The position numbers and the translations under genes were made by a program. A model generated the notes under the pieces. That model saw nothing but the letters and a program-made list of their open reading frames with translations. It had not been told where the DNA came from and did not search any database. A stretch of DNA of 64,000 nucleotides from positions 5,145 through 69,144 of the forward strand of contig CAZMID010000003.1 of NCBI GenBank assembly GCA_964566255.1, written 5' to 3'. Shown here one piece after another: positions 40,677 through 51,600 of this stretch (position 1 is its first letter; the number at the start of each line of letters is the position of its first letter). This stretch comes from an uncultured Planctomycetia bacterium. Lineage in GTDB: Bacteria; Omnitrophota; Gorgyraeia; Gorgyraeales; Gorgyraeaceae.

Positions 40677-41521
40677 CCGACAAGTGCTCCCGCTGTTATA
40701 CCCTTAATGATATGTTTCTGCATCAATAGGTAGATTAAAATTATAGGTAGTACTGTTATGGTAATCCCTGCCATAAGAAGTGGGTATTCTGTAATATGCG
40801 TACCTTGGAATATCATAAGACCTCTTTGAAGAGGCATCAAAGACTTACTGGAAAATATAAGTGTTGCCAATATATATTCATTCCATACATTCAAGGTATT
40901 AAATATTACTATTACTGCTATTGCAGGTTTGGCTAAAGGTAAAGCTACGTTCCTCCAGATACCGAGTTTTGAACAGCCATCTATTCTAGCAGCATCTTCT
41001 AAGACAGGTGGCATTCTGTCAAAAAATGTCTTAAGTAAATAAATACTGAAAGAAAGCCCTACATTTATCATGCACAATATATAACCTATCCTAGTATTTA
41101 CTAGATGAAGTCTTGTCATTAATACATATAAAGGAACAAAGCTTCCTGGAAGAGGTATCATCATAGCTGCAAGGAACATATAAAAAAGAATATTCTTCCC
41201 TGGAAACTTCAGCCTTGAAAATGCAAATGCAGCTAAAGAAGATACGATTACTATTCCAAATACAACTGTTACAGTGTAAATAACGCTATTAAAAAAATAC
41301 ATCCCAAATCCGCCCTTTGTCCATGCATGGTAAAAATTGATCCACATAGGATTTTTAGGGATTATGCTCATATCTGAAAATACAGTCTCTTGTGTTTTAA
41401 GCGCAGAACCAACCATCCATAATAAAGGAAAAAGGCAACTCGCAGCCACTGTCATAAGAAATATATGTATCAGCGAACTCTTAAAAAACTTTTCTATTTT
41501 ATACCTTGAAACATTTATCAT
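40673..41521 (-). CDS. carbohydrate ABC transporter permease (MalG-like)
   Basis: 282 aa with 6 transmembrane segments. The EAA loop is …EDAARIDGCSKLGIWRNVALPL…. Confidence 0.85.
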   Translation of the reverse strand: MINVSRYKIEKFFKSSLIHIFLMTVAASCLFPLLWMVGSALKTQETVFSDMSIIPKNPMWINFYHAWTKGGFGMYFFNSVIYTVTVVFGIVIVSSLAAFAFSRLKFPGKNILFYMFLAAMMIPLPGSFVPLYVLMTRLHLVNTRIGYILCMINVGLSFSIYLLKTFFDRMPPVLEDAARIDGCSKLGIWRNVALPLAKPAIAVIVIFNTLNVWNEYILATLIFSSKSLMPLQRGLMIFQGTHITEYPLLMAGITITVLPIILIYLLMQKHIIKGITAGALVG

Positions 41522-41525
41522 AGAA

Positions 41526-42404
41526 TTATCCTTTATGCATATGTTTTGATATTCTAATCTGGATAAATGATACAGCTAAAAGTATTGCACCGAATATAAT
41601 ACCCTGACTACATGCGTATCCAAACCTAGACGAACCTACCATAGAAGCTAAAATCCTTGTTACAGGGACCTCTGTATGATATCCAGGCCCTCCTCCTGTC
41701 ATAGAAAGTATTAATACAAATACCTGCATTGTTCCTAGTATCGTTAATATTGATACCAAGATAAATACTGGTATCATTAAAGGAACAGTAACTTTTTTAA
41801 AAGTCTGCCATGAATTTGCCCCGTCCACTCTGGCAGCTTCATAAAGCTGTCTCGGTATCATCTGAAGTCCTGCCAGGAATATAATAAACCCCCATCCAAA
41901 ACCCTTCCAGCTATGAATAATAGCCACGCACGTAAGGGCAGTATTAGGATCTGAAAGCCAATCCCTTACTAAACGGCCCAATCCTATATTCTGAAGCCAG
42001 TAATTTAAAAGACCATAATTTCCATCATATATCCATCTCCACACAAGCCCGACTACTATTTCAGAAAGGACAGGCGGCAGATAAAATATCACTCTATAGA
42101 TATTTCCGCCTTTTATATCCCGGTCGCACGCCCAGGCAAGTGCAAGTGCTAAGGCATTCTGAAACGTAAGCGCTATAAGGGTGATGTATCCTGCATTGCC
42201 CATTGCCTGCCACCAGACCCTATCTTGGAACAATAGTTCCTTGAAGTTCCTTAAGCCCACAAAGATCTTGGTCGGCAGTATCCCATCCCAGTGATACATG
42301 GAAAGTTTCAGCACCCAGAACAAAGGAACAGTATAAAATATACTAAAGATCAATACCGCTGGCAGAACAAAACTATAATTTTCGAGCGTATCTTTTAACT
42401 TCAT
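41526..42404 (-). CDS. carbohydrate ABC transporter permease (MalF-like)
   Basis: 292 aa with 6 transmembrane segments. The EAA loop is …YEAARVDGANSWQTFKKVTVPL…. Confidence 0.85.
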   Translation of the reverse strand: MKLKDTLENYSFVLPAVLIFSIFYTVPLFWVLKLSMYHWDGILPTKIFVGLRNFKELLFQDRVWWQAMGNAGYITLIALTFQNALALALAWACDRDIKGGNIYRVIFYLPPVLSEIVVGLVWRWIYDGNYGLLNYWLQNIGLGRLVRDWLSDPNTALTCVAIIHSWKGFGWGFIIFLAGLQMIPRQLYEAARVDGANSWQTFKKVTVPLMIPVFILVSILTILGTMQVFVLILSMTGGGPGYHTEVPVTRILASMVGSSRFGYACSQGIIFGAILLAVSFIQIRISKHMHKG

Positions 42405-42408
42405 TTAA

Positions 42409-43878
42409 TTAAGCTTTTCGTCTTTGGTCTCTGCGTCTTTCTTCTCTTCGTTTTTCAACCTGCACACGAATATCACAGGCTTTAGCTTCGGTGATCGAGA
42501 AGGTCATAATAATAAAGATTGCCGCAAGAGAAGTTACAATCGGGATGCCAATATCAAAGAGCCGCATCTTCAATAAAGTACTAGCTGATTGATTAAGGCC
42601 CAACTCAACTTTGAAACCGCTGGCATTAAGTAGAAATCCAGATATCAAGGATGTAGCTGCAAGACCAAGTTTCACCATCCACCAGTAAATCGCCCCATAC
42701 ATCCCTTCCCTGCGTGTACCAGTATGTAGTTCATCCAAATCGCAAACATCGGCCACCATTGAATTAATCAGTGTAAAAAGCGACCCCAAACCGAATGCAA
42801 TAAAGGGAGCAGCTATCAGCAGCGAATATGGCTGATCAGGATTATAGCCGATCCATTTCAAGGCATAACCAATAATGGAAAGCGATATAGCAATTAAAAA
42901 AGTCTTACGTTTACCGATCTTGGTCGAGATCCATGTAATCAAAAAGATTACGCAAAAAGTACAAACTGAACTGATTGATCCAAACCAACCAAGCAATGTC
43001 CCGCCGTTTGAATAGGCAGCGTCAAGTGTCTCGGAGCCGCCAAAAACATAGAAGAAGATAACATAGGCAGAGAATGCCGAAGCCAACATAAACCCATTAA
43101 AGATCAGAAATGTCGCAGCACACAGTTTGACAAACGGTTTACATTTAAAGGTAATACTTACCCCCTTAAGAAAGTCCTTTAGGGTATTTAGGCGCCCCTT
43201 TTCTCTCTTAGGCTTGGGTAGGTCAGCAAAATGCTCCTTATTGAATATCGCCGGCAAAATACCGCCGATGATGATAAAGCCTCCTATAAATATTGCAAGG
43301 ACTCTTGCTCCAGAAACAAGATCAGGAAAGAGGCTCTTATTGTTCATGATCTTGAAGAACCAAGGAGCGATTACCCAGGCAATCTGGGCGACAAAGTTAC
43401 TCACTCCTTGCAGACGTGTACGTTCGTGATAATCAGGTGTCATTTCATAACCGAGTGCAATCCAAGGAATAGAGTAACAGGTAAACCCAACGAAAAAGAG
43501 GATCTGGATCCCTAAGAAATAAAGCACATAGAATATTTCTGGATGACCAGTATATAATTGGAAAAGTAGGGCATATAAGACTCCTGCCAAAATTGCTCCA
43601 AAGAATATAAAAGGCCTGCGGCGCCCCCATCGGGTGCGGATATTATCTGAACTGTAGCCGACGATCGGATCTAGTATCGCATCAACAATACGGGGAATAA
43701 ATCCGACAAGGCCAACTAATGCAGGATTCACACCTAATCCGAGGTTTAAAACAATGACCATCGCTCCAATGGCTGCAGCCTGAAGGCTATTGACTAAAGC
43801 TCCAATACTGTATATTGCTTTTTGAAAAATAGGAATGCGATCTTTAGAGGCTGTCACGTGGTGTTTTGATTGGTCCAT
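42409..43878 (-). CDS. MFS transporter, glycoside-pentoside-hexuronide:cation symporter (GPH) type
   Basis: 489 aa with about 12 transmembrane segments. The GPH signature is …DAILDPIVGYSSDNIRTRWGRRRPF…. The C-terminal tail is Arg-rich. Confidence 0.7.
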   Translation of the reverse strand: MDQSKHHVTASKDRIPIFQKAIYSIGALVNSLQAAAIGAMVIVLNLGLGVNPALVGLVGFIPRIVDAILDPIVGYSSDNIRTRWGRRRPFIFFGAILAGVLYALLFQLYTGHPEIFYVLYFLGIQILFFVGFTCYSIPWIALGYEMTPDYHERTRLQGVSNFVAQIAWVIAPWFFKIMNNKSLFPDLVSGARVLAIFIGGFIIIGGILPAIFNKEHFADLPKPKREKGRLNTLKDFLKGVSITFKCKPFVKLCAATFLIFNGFMLASAFSAYVIFFYVFGGSETLDAAYSNGGTLLGWFGSISSVCTFCVIFLITWISTKIGKRKTFLIAISLSIIGYALKWIGYNPDQPYSLLIAAPFIAFGLGSLFTLINSMVADVCDLDELHTGTRREGMYGAIYWWMVKLGLAATSLISGFLLNASGFKVELGLNQSASTLLKMRLFDIGIPIVTSLAAIFIIMTFSITEAKACDIRVQVEKRREERRRDQRRKA

Positions 43879-45227
43879 TAATTGCTCCTTTCGGATTTAT
43901 ATATTTTTTGTTGGCGCGACAATTCTCTTTCTTTAACCGCTTGGGTTTCGGCCGCTACTTGCTCTGGGGTCTTCTCACCCAGTATGATCGACTGGATCCC
44001 CCTGGTGTAAGTCTCAATTACCATTAAAAACTCTGATACATCCCAGGCATTAGGATGAGTGGCGTAATCCATACCCGAGATAAACTCCTGATTGATCTTA
44101 GACATATTTATGGCAGACTCTCTGTTTGCCGGCAGGTTCTTTGTTTCTCTTAATAGAAATGTCTGCTGCACGTCATCTGTAAGCCACTTTAGAAATTCAA
44201 CTGTCTCTTGAATTTTTTTAGAATTATTATTCACTATAAAACTAGATCCCGCACCTCCCCAGATCATCATTGAAAACTTATTTGAAGCCCTTGGAGGAAG
44301 CATTGTACCATAATTTAGTCCTGGGTTCATGCTTTTATATACATTAACACACCATGAACCATTAAATGCAAAGGCTGCTCTATTATTTGCAAAAAGCTGC
44401 TCTGCAGTCTTATTCACCATGGTTACAACACCAGTTGCAAGGACTTTTTCATCTCGCATCTGGCGGAATAGATCAAAGACCTTTATCCAATCAGGATCTG
44501 TATAAGGCACCTTTCCACGTATAGTATTTAATACCTTCTTTTCACCCATTATATTAAACGCATAGTTAGAGACCATGCAATCTATCATCCATATTTCTCC
44601 CCATCCACTTACTAGGCCTTGAATACCTTTTGCTTGAAGAAGTCTATTTAATTCTAAGAATTCATCCCATGTAACAGGAACCTCAGAAGAATCCCAGCCT
44701 ACTTTTTCCAATAAATCTTTATTGTACAACATCTGGATATTCGTAACATCTATAGGAACTCCATATATACCCGGTTCTACTTCAAAGGAATTCTTTCTTT
44801 TAAACACATTTACAGCCAAGGCCTTTTCAAATATCTTTTTCTTCCAGCTGGAATTATTTTCTTTCATGCTAGATGTAAGATTATAGATATGCCCTGCTTT
44901 TATAAAACTTGCAAAGTCTTTTTTTTCTCCGAGGATTCCAAATACATCAGGTAGGGTGTTTGTTTGTGCAGCTGCGCGTATCTTCTGGGTATATGCATTA
45001 GAAGGTGCATAAAGTTCAAAATTTATTTTTATTCCTGATTCAATTTCATATCTTTTGGCGAGTTCTAATAAAGCGTCTTCTCTATCACTCATCCAGTGCC
45101 AAATAGTTACAACGTCATCTTGAGAAGTTTTCTGAGAGGAACAGCTTACTAAAAAAACACTTAAAAAAACGGTAAACGAACAAATGATAAAAAAAAGATG
45201 AAATTTCCTATAACGATCATTCATCAC
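43878..45227 (-). CDS. extracellular solute-binding protein (family 1, sugar ABC)
   Basis: 449 aa. It has a signal peptide with a VSC lipobox and a bilobal sugar-binding-protein pattern. The AAGGAG ribosome-binding site is upstream. The start is GTG or the ATG 3 nt downstream. Confidence 0.8.
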   Translation of the reverse strand: MMNDRYRKFHLFFIICSFTVFLSVFLVSCSSQKTSQDDVVTIWHWMSDREDALLELAKRYEIESGIKINFELYAPSNAYTQKIRAAAQTNTLPDVFGILGEKKDFASFIKAGHIYNLTSSMKENNSSWKKKIFEKALAVNVFKRKNSFEVEPGIYGVPIDVTNIQMLYNKDLLEKVGWDSSEVPVTWDEFLELNRLLQAKGIQGLVSGWGEIWMIDCMVSNYAFNIMGEKKVLNTIRGKVPYTDPDWIKVFDLFRQMRDEKVLATGVVTMVNKTAEQLFANNRAAFAFNGSWCVNVYKSMNPGLNYGTMLPPRASNKFSMMIWGGAGSSFIVNNNSKKIQETVEFLKWLTDDVQQTFLLRETKNLPANRESAINMSKINQEFISGMDYATHPNAWDVSEFLMVIETYTRGIQSIILGEKTPEQVAAETQAVKERELSRQQKIYKSERSN

Positions 45228-45263
45228 TTTACTACTCCTTATTCTGAAAACTTTGTATTTTTA

Positions 45264-45620
45264 TCAATTGGCCACAAAAAGTCTATTTACGTCCTTACTA
45301 AACTCTACTGCAATGCCATCTTCTTCTACCCTTATTACAGTAGCATCACCTATAAGCCGAGAAAAAGGAAAGTCTCTTGCATCTTCTCTTGGTACTGATA
45401 GAGATATATGAATGGTATCTTCTGGCTTAATACTTTTTATCTTTATATCTACTATATATGCCCCATTATAACTCACATCACCTGTAGCACCAGAAAACAC
45501 CTCTTCCTTCCCGCTTGAGGAAGTACGCTTGAGTTTCGCAGGAATAGACAGGTCTAATCGTTTGAATTTCCTCTTTTCTGTAAAATCGCCTGTCTTCATT
45601 TTCACCTCCTTTTGTGGCAT
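45264..45620 (-). CDS. PilZ-domain (c-di-GMP-binding) protein; the true start is probably the second Met at 45599
   Basis: The RxxxR motif is EKRKFKRLDLS. The D/NxSxxG motif is GDVSYNGAYI. A perfect AAGGAGGTG ribosome-binding site lies 4 nt before the second ATG (MKTGDF…), so the probable product is 111 aa. Confidence 0.6.
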   Translation of the reverse strand: MPQKEVKMKTGDFTEKRKFKRLDLSIPAKLKRTSSSGKEEVFSGATGDVSYNGAYIVDIKIKSIKPEDTIHISLSVPREDARDFPFSRLIGDATVIRVEEDGIAVEFSKDVNRLFVAN

Positions 45621-45631
45621 TGTCCTTTTTG

Positions 45632-45660
45632 ATTATACCACAACATCTTAGATAATTAAA
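45632..45660 (-). promoter_or_regulatory. Candidate promoter for the PilZ gene, read on the minus strand. An extended -10 TGGTATAAT sits 17 nt downstream of a TTTAAT -35.
   Basis: Read directly in the 57-bp gap between the giant-gene stop and the PilZ start. Confidence 0.4.
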
Positions 45661-45677
45661 GGTTTTTTTTAAGTTTT

Positions 45678-48600
45678 TTATAAACTAGCTCCTATTGTCC
45701 TAGGTTGTCTCTTAAATGTCATATTACCTGTGTCACTATAAATAGGCACATTCATCCTTTCTTCATGCAAGTCTTCAGCATCATATTCAGTTTCTGTCAA
45801 AAGATCTATTGGCAATTTAATTGTAATCTTTACATCACTATCACTACTATTAAAATTTGGCTTTCCAATGAAATCTTTCTTAAGTGCTGTAGCTCTTGAA
45901 GATAGTATTGATATAAAAGAAGATATTGCATTATTGGGTCTATTTAATCCTATTATAGAAGTAGTGATTGTAATAATGTCTTCCTTGCGTTCCGTACTTA
46001 TAGATAAAATTCCTTTTTCATTGACAATATTAGCAATGCCTTTTAAAAACATACAAATATCTTCAGATATATCAATATTATCTACATCTATTAAACCCAC
46101 TTTTTCATCTAGTGTTGTTTTTACTGTAAGCTGCGGATATAAGCTTTTTAAACCCTGCAATTCCAGTAGAAGGTCTCGATTTATACCGCTTTCTTTTTTC
46201 ATGAGTTCTCCTATATCTAGACCTTTCGCCATAGGTCTAATAGTCTTAGAAGGACCATATAATCTCTCTAAAACACCCTGAATATGTGCGGCAAAACTAT
46301 TTCCATTATTAAAGCTAGGATCTGTGTCATCTAAAACTTCTGAGAACGCTTCTGCCAACATCTGATCACGTAAATCATCTTCAAATCCATCATTATCTAC
46401 ATAGTCATCTTGACCATTATTTGAATCTTCAATCTTATACAGACTATCATCTACCATTCTATCAAAAAGAAAACTATCATTCCCATACTCAATATCTTTA
46501 AGTCCTATTGTCAGCAACAAATCTAGCTTAAATCCTCCTGCATTAATTATGGATGTTACGACTAAACGTTCTGCCTCAAAAAGAATCTGTGCTGGCGTAC
46601 CTTGGATATGGCTTTCGGTATATTTTGATAGTCTTAATCCAAGACTGTTAGATAGACGCTTTCTTTTGTTAGATGGTATATGATATTTGTACTTTTCTAT
46701 TAACTTTTCTATGACTGTCTTGTAATCCCTTGAGACGGCCAAGAATGTAAGAGATACATTGCCTGATTCAAGACATCTCTCTTGTATTAAACGAGCTATC
46801 TTTTTATGTAATTCATCATTACTGTTTAGCAATTTTCTTAAACCGACTATTTTATGTGGTCTGAATTTCGAATTATCCTCGGTCAAAAGTACTATCTTGG
46901 CATTGGGATTTCCATCTTGCCAATCTTTAAGACGCATTACAACCCAGGGAATGCCATTTTTTGTCCACAATACAACTCTTTCCCTTTTGAATATTTTGAC
47001 ATAATAGTGCTTTTTCTTAAAAGACTTGACATAACGTATGTAACCACTCTTTTTTAGAGGTTCACTGTATTCTATACGTATATTTCCTTTCGTAATCTTC
47101 TTGATTTCAGAAAATTCCGGCATAACCTCATTATAGGTAAACACTATTTTGCCTTCATCGTTGTAAATCCGATTGTATTCATACATCTTACAATAGCCTC
47201 TTCTTTTAATATAATCATCAAGCTTGGCGTATTTAAGAAGATAAAATTTTTCTTCAATATTTCCATCTTTTTCTTCGTTTACCTTTACAAACCATGCCAC
47301 TGTCTCTGTTCCTGGTGAAAAATCCTCATCTACTATATAATCGTCGTTAAAAAAGAATATCGCTCTCCTGTTATCTCCAACTTTCAACCCTCTAACTCTG
47401 ATTATACTCCTATTAGTAAGCTTTTTAAATTTTGAACTAATTTTTCCGCGAGCCTGGGTAGAAAAACTACCTATAAATTCATCTTTATCCTCAAGTTCTA
47501 CATCTACAGTTACAAACTCATCCTTTTTGGCTTCTGGATTTAATATTGAAGAAATACCAAAGGCCCCTGTCACATAGTTATCTTTGCCCTTGCGCCACAA
47601 TATTAAATTATCCTTTTTAAAGGAAGACACATATGCTTTTATATAGAAAAAATTGCCACCTTCATCTGTGGTGCCTCCTATTACTATATAAGTATCAGTT
47701 AATTCTATTTTTCTGTTCTTATGTGGAAATGTCTCATGTAGATCTCCTGCTTCATTAAAAATTTCTTCATATACTTTCTTTCCTCTTCCATCTATATCTG
47801 AAACAAATCTTATTACATCTCGCACATTCTTAGTCTTTCCTTCTCCAATTTTAATCCTTTGTATTAAAATACGCGTTTTTTCGCCAGGAGTACGAACTAT
47901 CCAACTAGTATCTCCATTTAACGAAAATTTCATCTTACGGCCTCCTGGTATTTTTCGACCCTCAACAAGTACCAAACCATGCTCCTCTAATAAGCTATCT
48001 AAAAATTCGTAAAAATCATTATTATTTATAGAACCTTCCCATTTATCCAAAAACTTCCCTGTCCTATAATCTACAAAGGCAATATTGTCTTCCTCAACGA
48101 TCTTTTTTCTTTTCTCGATATCTTTTTGGTCGGGTTCATCTAAAAAGCTTCCTTGTGGAATATCTGAAATCTCTATATCTAGTTCTGAAGATAACGTTAA
48201 AAGCGCTTGTCTTGCCTCTTCTGCTACCTCCAAGTTAACTCCTTCCATAAGCTTCTTTAAATGAGGAATAAATCTTCTGTCTTTTAGCTCAGTTACTTTT
48301 TGAATCAATTTTTCCATGGCTTTAGTAATTAGCGGATTTAAGCTGTTTATTAGGAACTTAAATTCATTGATTCTAGCTATGTACTTCTCTATTTCATCAG
48401 TTCCAGAAACATCTGGTTTTCTAATTACTGTTTTGCCTACAAATGCTGTCTGCGGTAATGCTGAACTATTAAACTCTTCTGAAATATTACTAGCTCCAAA
48501 TATAAAATAGCTTCTACTTTCTACCTCATTACGGATGTGTTTTGGTATTGAGTCCAATATTTCTTTTTCTCTTTTTTCCTTCCTTGCCTTATTTAGTGCT

Positions 48601-51600
48601 ATAGCCCAATGTACAATTGCCTTATTAAGATTTTTTTCATCAATACCGCTTTTCGTATAATAAATACTACCAAGTTTATAATATGCATCTACAGCATTAG
48701 ATTTTGATTTTATAGCCTCTTCTAGTGCTCCAATTGCCTTAGAGAAACTCTTTAACTCTTTGCAATCTATTGCATAATATGCACAGCCAAGATTATACCA
48801 AGCTTCTCCATATTTTTTATTGAGATTGGTTACTCGTTCAAGAATCCTAGCTGCCTCTTCAAATCTACATTTCTCTAAATAGACTCTTCCTATATTATTA
48901 AGTAACATCGGCATATACCCGTTCTTACTAGATTCATAATAATATCCTGCAACTCTTTCCTGCGTAATCTCAAAAACTTTCTCTTTATCTATTCCAGCTA
49001 GGTTCAAAAGCATATAAAATAGCTGAGCATTGGCAGCTAATAAAAGGTCTTTTTCTACTTTTTGCTTTTTAGTTTCATCGGATAGGCCCACACTTTGTAA
49101 TAACTCAAATATATCTTCATCCTTATCTATCAATGCATTTACCAAATGCCTTATAACAGGTTTTGGCTGGCCATTAGATAAATAATCATTTTCTTGTATT
49201 GATAACCAAAGATCATTAGGAAACTTTCTTAATAGATCATAATCACTTGCTCCTGAACTTTTTACTAAACTATAAAAATCTATATCTTTATCTTTGAATA
49301 ACTCTTCTACAATTAGCTCTGCCTTACCCTCAGAACAACCTAGATATTTTCTGAAAAAATCTTTCATGTATTCCTTCTGTTGATCTTCAGATTTATAAAC
49401 TACAGATTGATGGCTGAATGGATTTATTTTATATATTATTGAACTACAAGAAATAGATAGTAACAATAGAAAACTAATCATCATAGAAAAGATAGGATTT
49501 AAACCACCAATCCCTGCATATATAACATCAGGGAGATTATTTATAGGACTGGCTGCCTGAAACCACTGAAGGATAAATTGTATAGCTTCAGGAGATTTAA
49601 AACCTATAATTAAACCTACTATTATTAGTGGAATAATGGAACTTCTTAGTATCACTGAATTAGAAATAGTGGATTGCTTGAGAGATTTAGACCTTGATGT
49701 ATCAGCTTTATACGGCCTCTCAGGCGCTCCCATTAATTTTCTTAATTTCAAAAGTGCTTTTTCTTTAATTTGTCCTATCTTGTCTACTTCAAGCTCAAGG
49801 TCTAAGGCAATATCCTCCAAAGGCCTCTCTTGGATAATCGAATAGATAAGAATCTCCCTTTCTAATGGTGATAACTGCAATAACGCTGACTCTAATTTTT
49901 CCTCTCTATCTATCTTATCCAATAACTGGTCTTCCAGTTCTAATGAATCTGGATCAGTAATAAAGTTTTCAAGGCTCTCTGAATCTGAGTCAGATTCACG
50001 ATATTTAAAATTGCTTAAATAGACTGGATGTTCCTGACTCAATAATCCTATTACATATTCTCTAACTGTCTGAGGCCTAACTCCCATATATTCAGCTAAT
50101 CTTTCGATGTCTTTTTCAAATATTTCTGCCACACTATATATTTTTAAACTATTCATAGCCCTCTTTAGCTTCTTTATCTTACCCTGCATATGCGGTGGGA
50201 GCGGCATTGGTTTTTTAAGGCGGATATACTCTAAACATGCTGTTCTAATAAAATGTGGGGTATATGAGCTAAACCTCCCATATTGACTATAACGCAATCT
50301 GGTCTTTTGGGCTGCATCATATAAGGCAACTACCCCTGCATTTACCATATCTTTGAAGTCATGTTTATAATTTAAATAGGGACTACCATACCATTTTATA
50401 TATTGCTTAGCTATAATATTCGCTATATATAAATGACTTTCTATAAGTATGCGATTTGCTTCTTTTCCTAAATTCTCTGCCCTTTCATCATCTGACTTGA
50501 GATTGGCGTTTAATATCAAAATAATAAGCGCTTCCTCTTCCTCGATGCTTAATTTATGGTTATCTTCGTAATGCCAAATCTCTCCTATACCTTTTTTCTT
50601 ATAATCCTCAAATATAACCTCTGCCTTATCTACCTGCTGTCTTGTCGGGCCATAATGAACCAATATATACCTTTCTGGATCTCTTGCCTCAAAAATTCCC
50701 TTAAAACCCCTCCTATTAACATCAGGGTATTCTTTTAATAAAGCCTGTATTGCTTCATACGAAAATCCGCGCAATAGGCCTTTCCTCACTAACTGTGATC
50801 TAAATCCCAATAAATTATAAAGCTTGTTAATCTCTTCTTCTAAGGATGTAGCTAAACTATCAAAATCAAAACTGTCTTCAAAATCTTCATAGTCATCATC
50901 TAGAAGCAGCCTAGATTGGGTCTCAGTCAAGATATTATTTCTTGCCATCCTTTTAATTTTAGGATTACGTTCCTTTTCTTTCCAGGTAAATAAAAGATTA
51001 ACAAAATCATCAATAAAGCGTTCTGACGTAAAACCATCTAGGTTATATAATGTCTTTTTCAGCCGTTCATTTAAACATGCCTTAAGGGACTGCTTAATCC
51101 CTTTTGTTAAGACCTTTTTCCTCTTGGCCAATTTTGCCAATAACATAGTTTCGTACCTATAAGTAACATTTTTATTCCAAATGTTCGTAAAATCATCCTT
51201 CAGTGCCTGTAGGCTTTTTCTAGAATCTAGTATTATCCCTGAGGCCTCTTGCACTTTTAGATCATGATATATCGGCCTATACCCAAATTGACTTTCTGAA
51301 TCAAGAGTGCAAAGGACTGCTTTCTGGATCCAGTATTTTGTGTTTTTAGCAAATTGATCTAACTTCATTGAAAATCTAAAGCTTTTCAATTCTTCCAACT
51401 CTTCCAATAAAGCCTTTATTTCTTCTAATGTCATTGCGCTATCAATAGAATCCCTAAAAGAATCTATCTGTTCTCTAAACTCACTAACTTCTATCTCTTT
51501 TCTCATAAGTAAACCCTGATACGCTTCTGCTATTTCTTTTATTTTTTTATTTATTTCTACCTCATCCAGATTAGATTCAATAAATAAATGGAAGGTAATT

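Noticed and set aside
699-44000. Miscellaneous ORFs nested inside or antisense to confidently assigned genes, for example 699-950(+), 12962-13282(+), 16456-16710(+), 19018-19326(+), 32574-32882(-), 32963-33271(+), 37725-37922(-) and 43127-43515(+).
   Set aside because: Each lies entirely inside a longer ORF with clear homology on the other strand or frame. They have no ribosome-binding site and low-complexity composition.
45890-46250. The C-terminal ~120 aa of the giant protein looked vaguely like a GHKL (histidine-kinase or anti-sigma-kinase type) ATPase fold. That would pair nicely with the sigma module.
   Set aside because: I could not find the N-box, G1 or G2 motifs. This is only a secondary-structure impression and is not reported as a feature.
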